Sequence record: NC_019517.1
Length of the DNA stretch: 64,000 nucleotides
Direction: 5' to 3' (one strand)
From: Escherichia phage FV3
Part shown: positions 62,797-64,000 of the stretch, one piece after another
Position numbering within the stretch: position 1 is the stretch's first letter
How the letters are laid out: each line of letters begins with the position of its first letter
Program-made: the position numbers and the translations under genes
The notes under the pieces: generated by a model
What the model saw: the letters and a program-made list of their open reading frames with translations, nothing else
Database searches by the model: none
What the model was told of the DNA's origin: nothing

Positions 62797-63039
62797 TCAT
62801 TGTAAAGCACAAATAAATAAAACATACTTAATTTGTTTGTTATCGGGCTCAGGGTAGAAGTAGAAGATCTTGCTATCACCAATCTGAACACCACCATCCC
62901 AACAACATAAACCATAACCCGTATTCATACAAGCTAAGTCGTTGGCAAAATCTATTGCATCATCTAGTGCACGAAATTCACCTTCATCTTCTAAATAATC
63001 CTCATTCATGGAACGGAAAACGAGCTTAACCTTAAACAT
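62797..63039 (-). CDS. Hypothetical protein (80 aa)
   Basis: ORF; acidic protein. Confidence 0.4.
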   Translation of the reverse strand: MFKVKLVFRSMNEDYLEDEGEFRALDDAIDFANDLACMNTGYGLCCWDGGVQIGDSKIFYFYPEPDNKQIKYVLFICALQ

Positions 63040-63115
63040 AGCATTACCTGTAGACCTCGTAAGTTAAAATTGTATCACATCATATTGCAGATCTTATCAG
63101 GTAACATTATTTTTG

Positions 63116-63304
63116 TCAACAGATTCCGGCCTTATCCCTCCTGTCTGCGTATTCTTTAATCGCAACCTCACCTGCATTGGTAACCAGATCTTCAAAGTAA
63201 TTCTCAAGCTCCTCGTCAATGTCCGGTGACCAGCTCTTTTTCCTGTCAGTGTGAATTGCAGACTTGTTGAACTTATTACAGTTCTTTGCTACCGGATTGT
63301 TCAT
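63116..63304 (-). CDS. Hypothetical small protein (62 aa)
   Basis: Short ORF in gene-dense region. Confidence 0.3.
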   Translation of the reverse strand: MNNPVAKNCNKFNKSAIHTDRKKSWSPDIDEELENYFEDLVTNAGEVAIKEYADRRDKAGIC

Positions 63305-63314
63305 TAAGCTCTCC

Positions 63315-63893
63315 TCAACGTTCGTAGTAAATCTTATTCAACATTACCTCATCGTTTGCAGAAAGGATATCAAGATATGCATCACCAAATCTGCCTGCAA
63401 CAACCTCTGCATGATACATCACTTCGTCAACATCGTCAAGAGTGATAACCGGATGACCATATCTTTCTGAATATTGCCTCAGGGTGCGATGTAACGAGTC
63501 GTCATCATATGCAGACTTTTTAATATCACAAACACGACGAATGGCCTTGATGTCGAAAAAGCCTGTGCGATACCATCCAAGAAAAAAGTTCCGTGTGGTG
63601 TCAACATCTACATCAATACCATCAAGAACCTTATCTACAAGATAGCTGTCATCCTTTGGACCAGCGTCCTTAGTGCGAATGTAGTTGCCATCTTTTCCAG
63701 GCGATAGCTCCTTCTCATCACCAACCTGCATGCCATCATTTGGCGGTGTTAGCCACTTATCCGGATGCTTACGATCACGAGCGTTAGAATGATTACGCTG
63801 GAAACCTGGCTTCCACTTGAAAGTTTTCTCCATCTGTTCTTCATTCTGATAACGTTTTGCAATCTTTTCGCGGTCATCTTTGCGTGAACTCAT
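63315..63893 (-). CDS. Hypothetical protein (192 aa)
   Basis: ORF with GGAGG-like RBS upstream. Confidence 0.45.
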   Translation of the reverse strand: MSSRKDDREKIAKRYQNEEQMEKTFKWKPGFQRNHSNARDRKHPDKWLTPPNDGMQVGDEKELSPGKDGNYIRTKDAGPKDDSYLVDKVLDGIDVDVDTTRNFFLGWYRTGFFDIKAIRRVCDIKKSAYDDDSLHRTLRQYSERYGHPVITLDDVDEVMYHAEVVAGRFGDAYLDILSANDEVMLNKIYYER

Positions 63894-64000
63894 AGCTGCC
63901 TCCTCTTCAAGTTATAGAAAAACTCACTGTATCGCTTTGTAACGAGCTTTTCTATCAAACTGGTGCGATTGCCTTACTTGGTAGAGTTTACACAGCTGTG

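Noticed and set aside
1-64000. CRISPR array, integrase/attachment site, reverse transcriptase (DGR) or restriction-modification genes
   Set aside because: No regularly spaced direct repeats with spacers, no tyrosine or serine recombinase motifs, no RT motifs and no methyltransferase motifs were seen in any reading frame.

Overview
This window reads as a tailed dsDNA phage with a contractile tail (myovirus-type), and every call below is from reading motifs and synteny by eye with no database search. Layout: (i) a leftward early operon at 1-6602 carrying an rIIA-like gene, a signal-peptide SleB-like hydrolase and a MoxR-like AAA+ ATPase; (ii) back-to-back sigma70-like promoters at 6643-6713; (iii) a rightward early operon at 6745-14008 carrying an EndoVII/HNH-like protein, a metallopeptidase-VWA protein, three tandem small paralogs and a HAD-like phosphatase; (iv) a 46-kb leftward late operon at 14055-60779 that runs spanins, large terminase, portal, scaffold, capsid, neck, sheath, tube, frameshifted chaperone, tape measure, baseplate with gpV-like spike, then about 28 kb of tail fibre and tailspike genes; (v) a minus-strand array of seven tRNA genes at 61201-62013, one of them atypical; (vi) small genes of unknown function at 62110-63893. 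The most interesting candidates are the split MoxR / metallopeptidase-VWA pair, the atypical 100-nt tRNA-like gene, the tandem small paralogs, and the unusually large receptor-binding arsenal with a possible split tailspike and a holin-like gene inside it. No CRISPR array, integrase or reverse transcriptase was seen.
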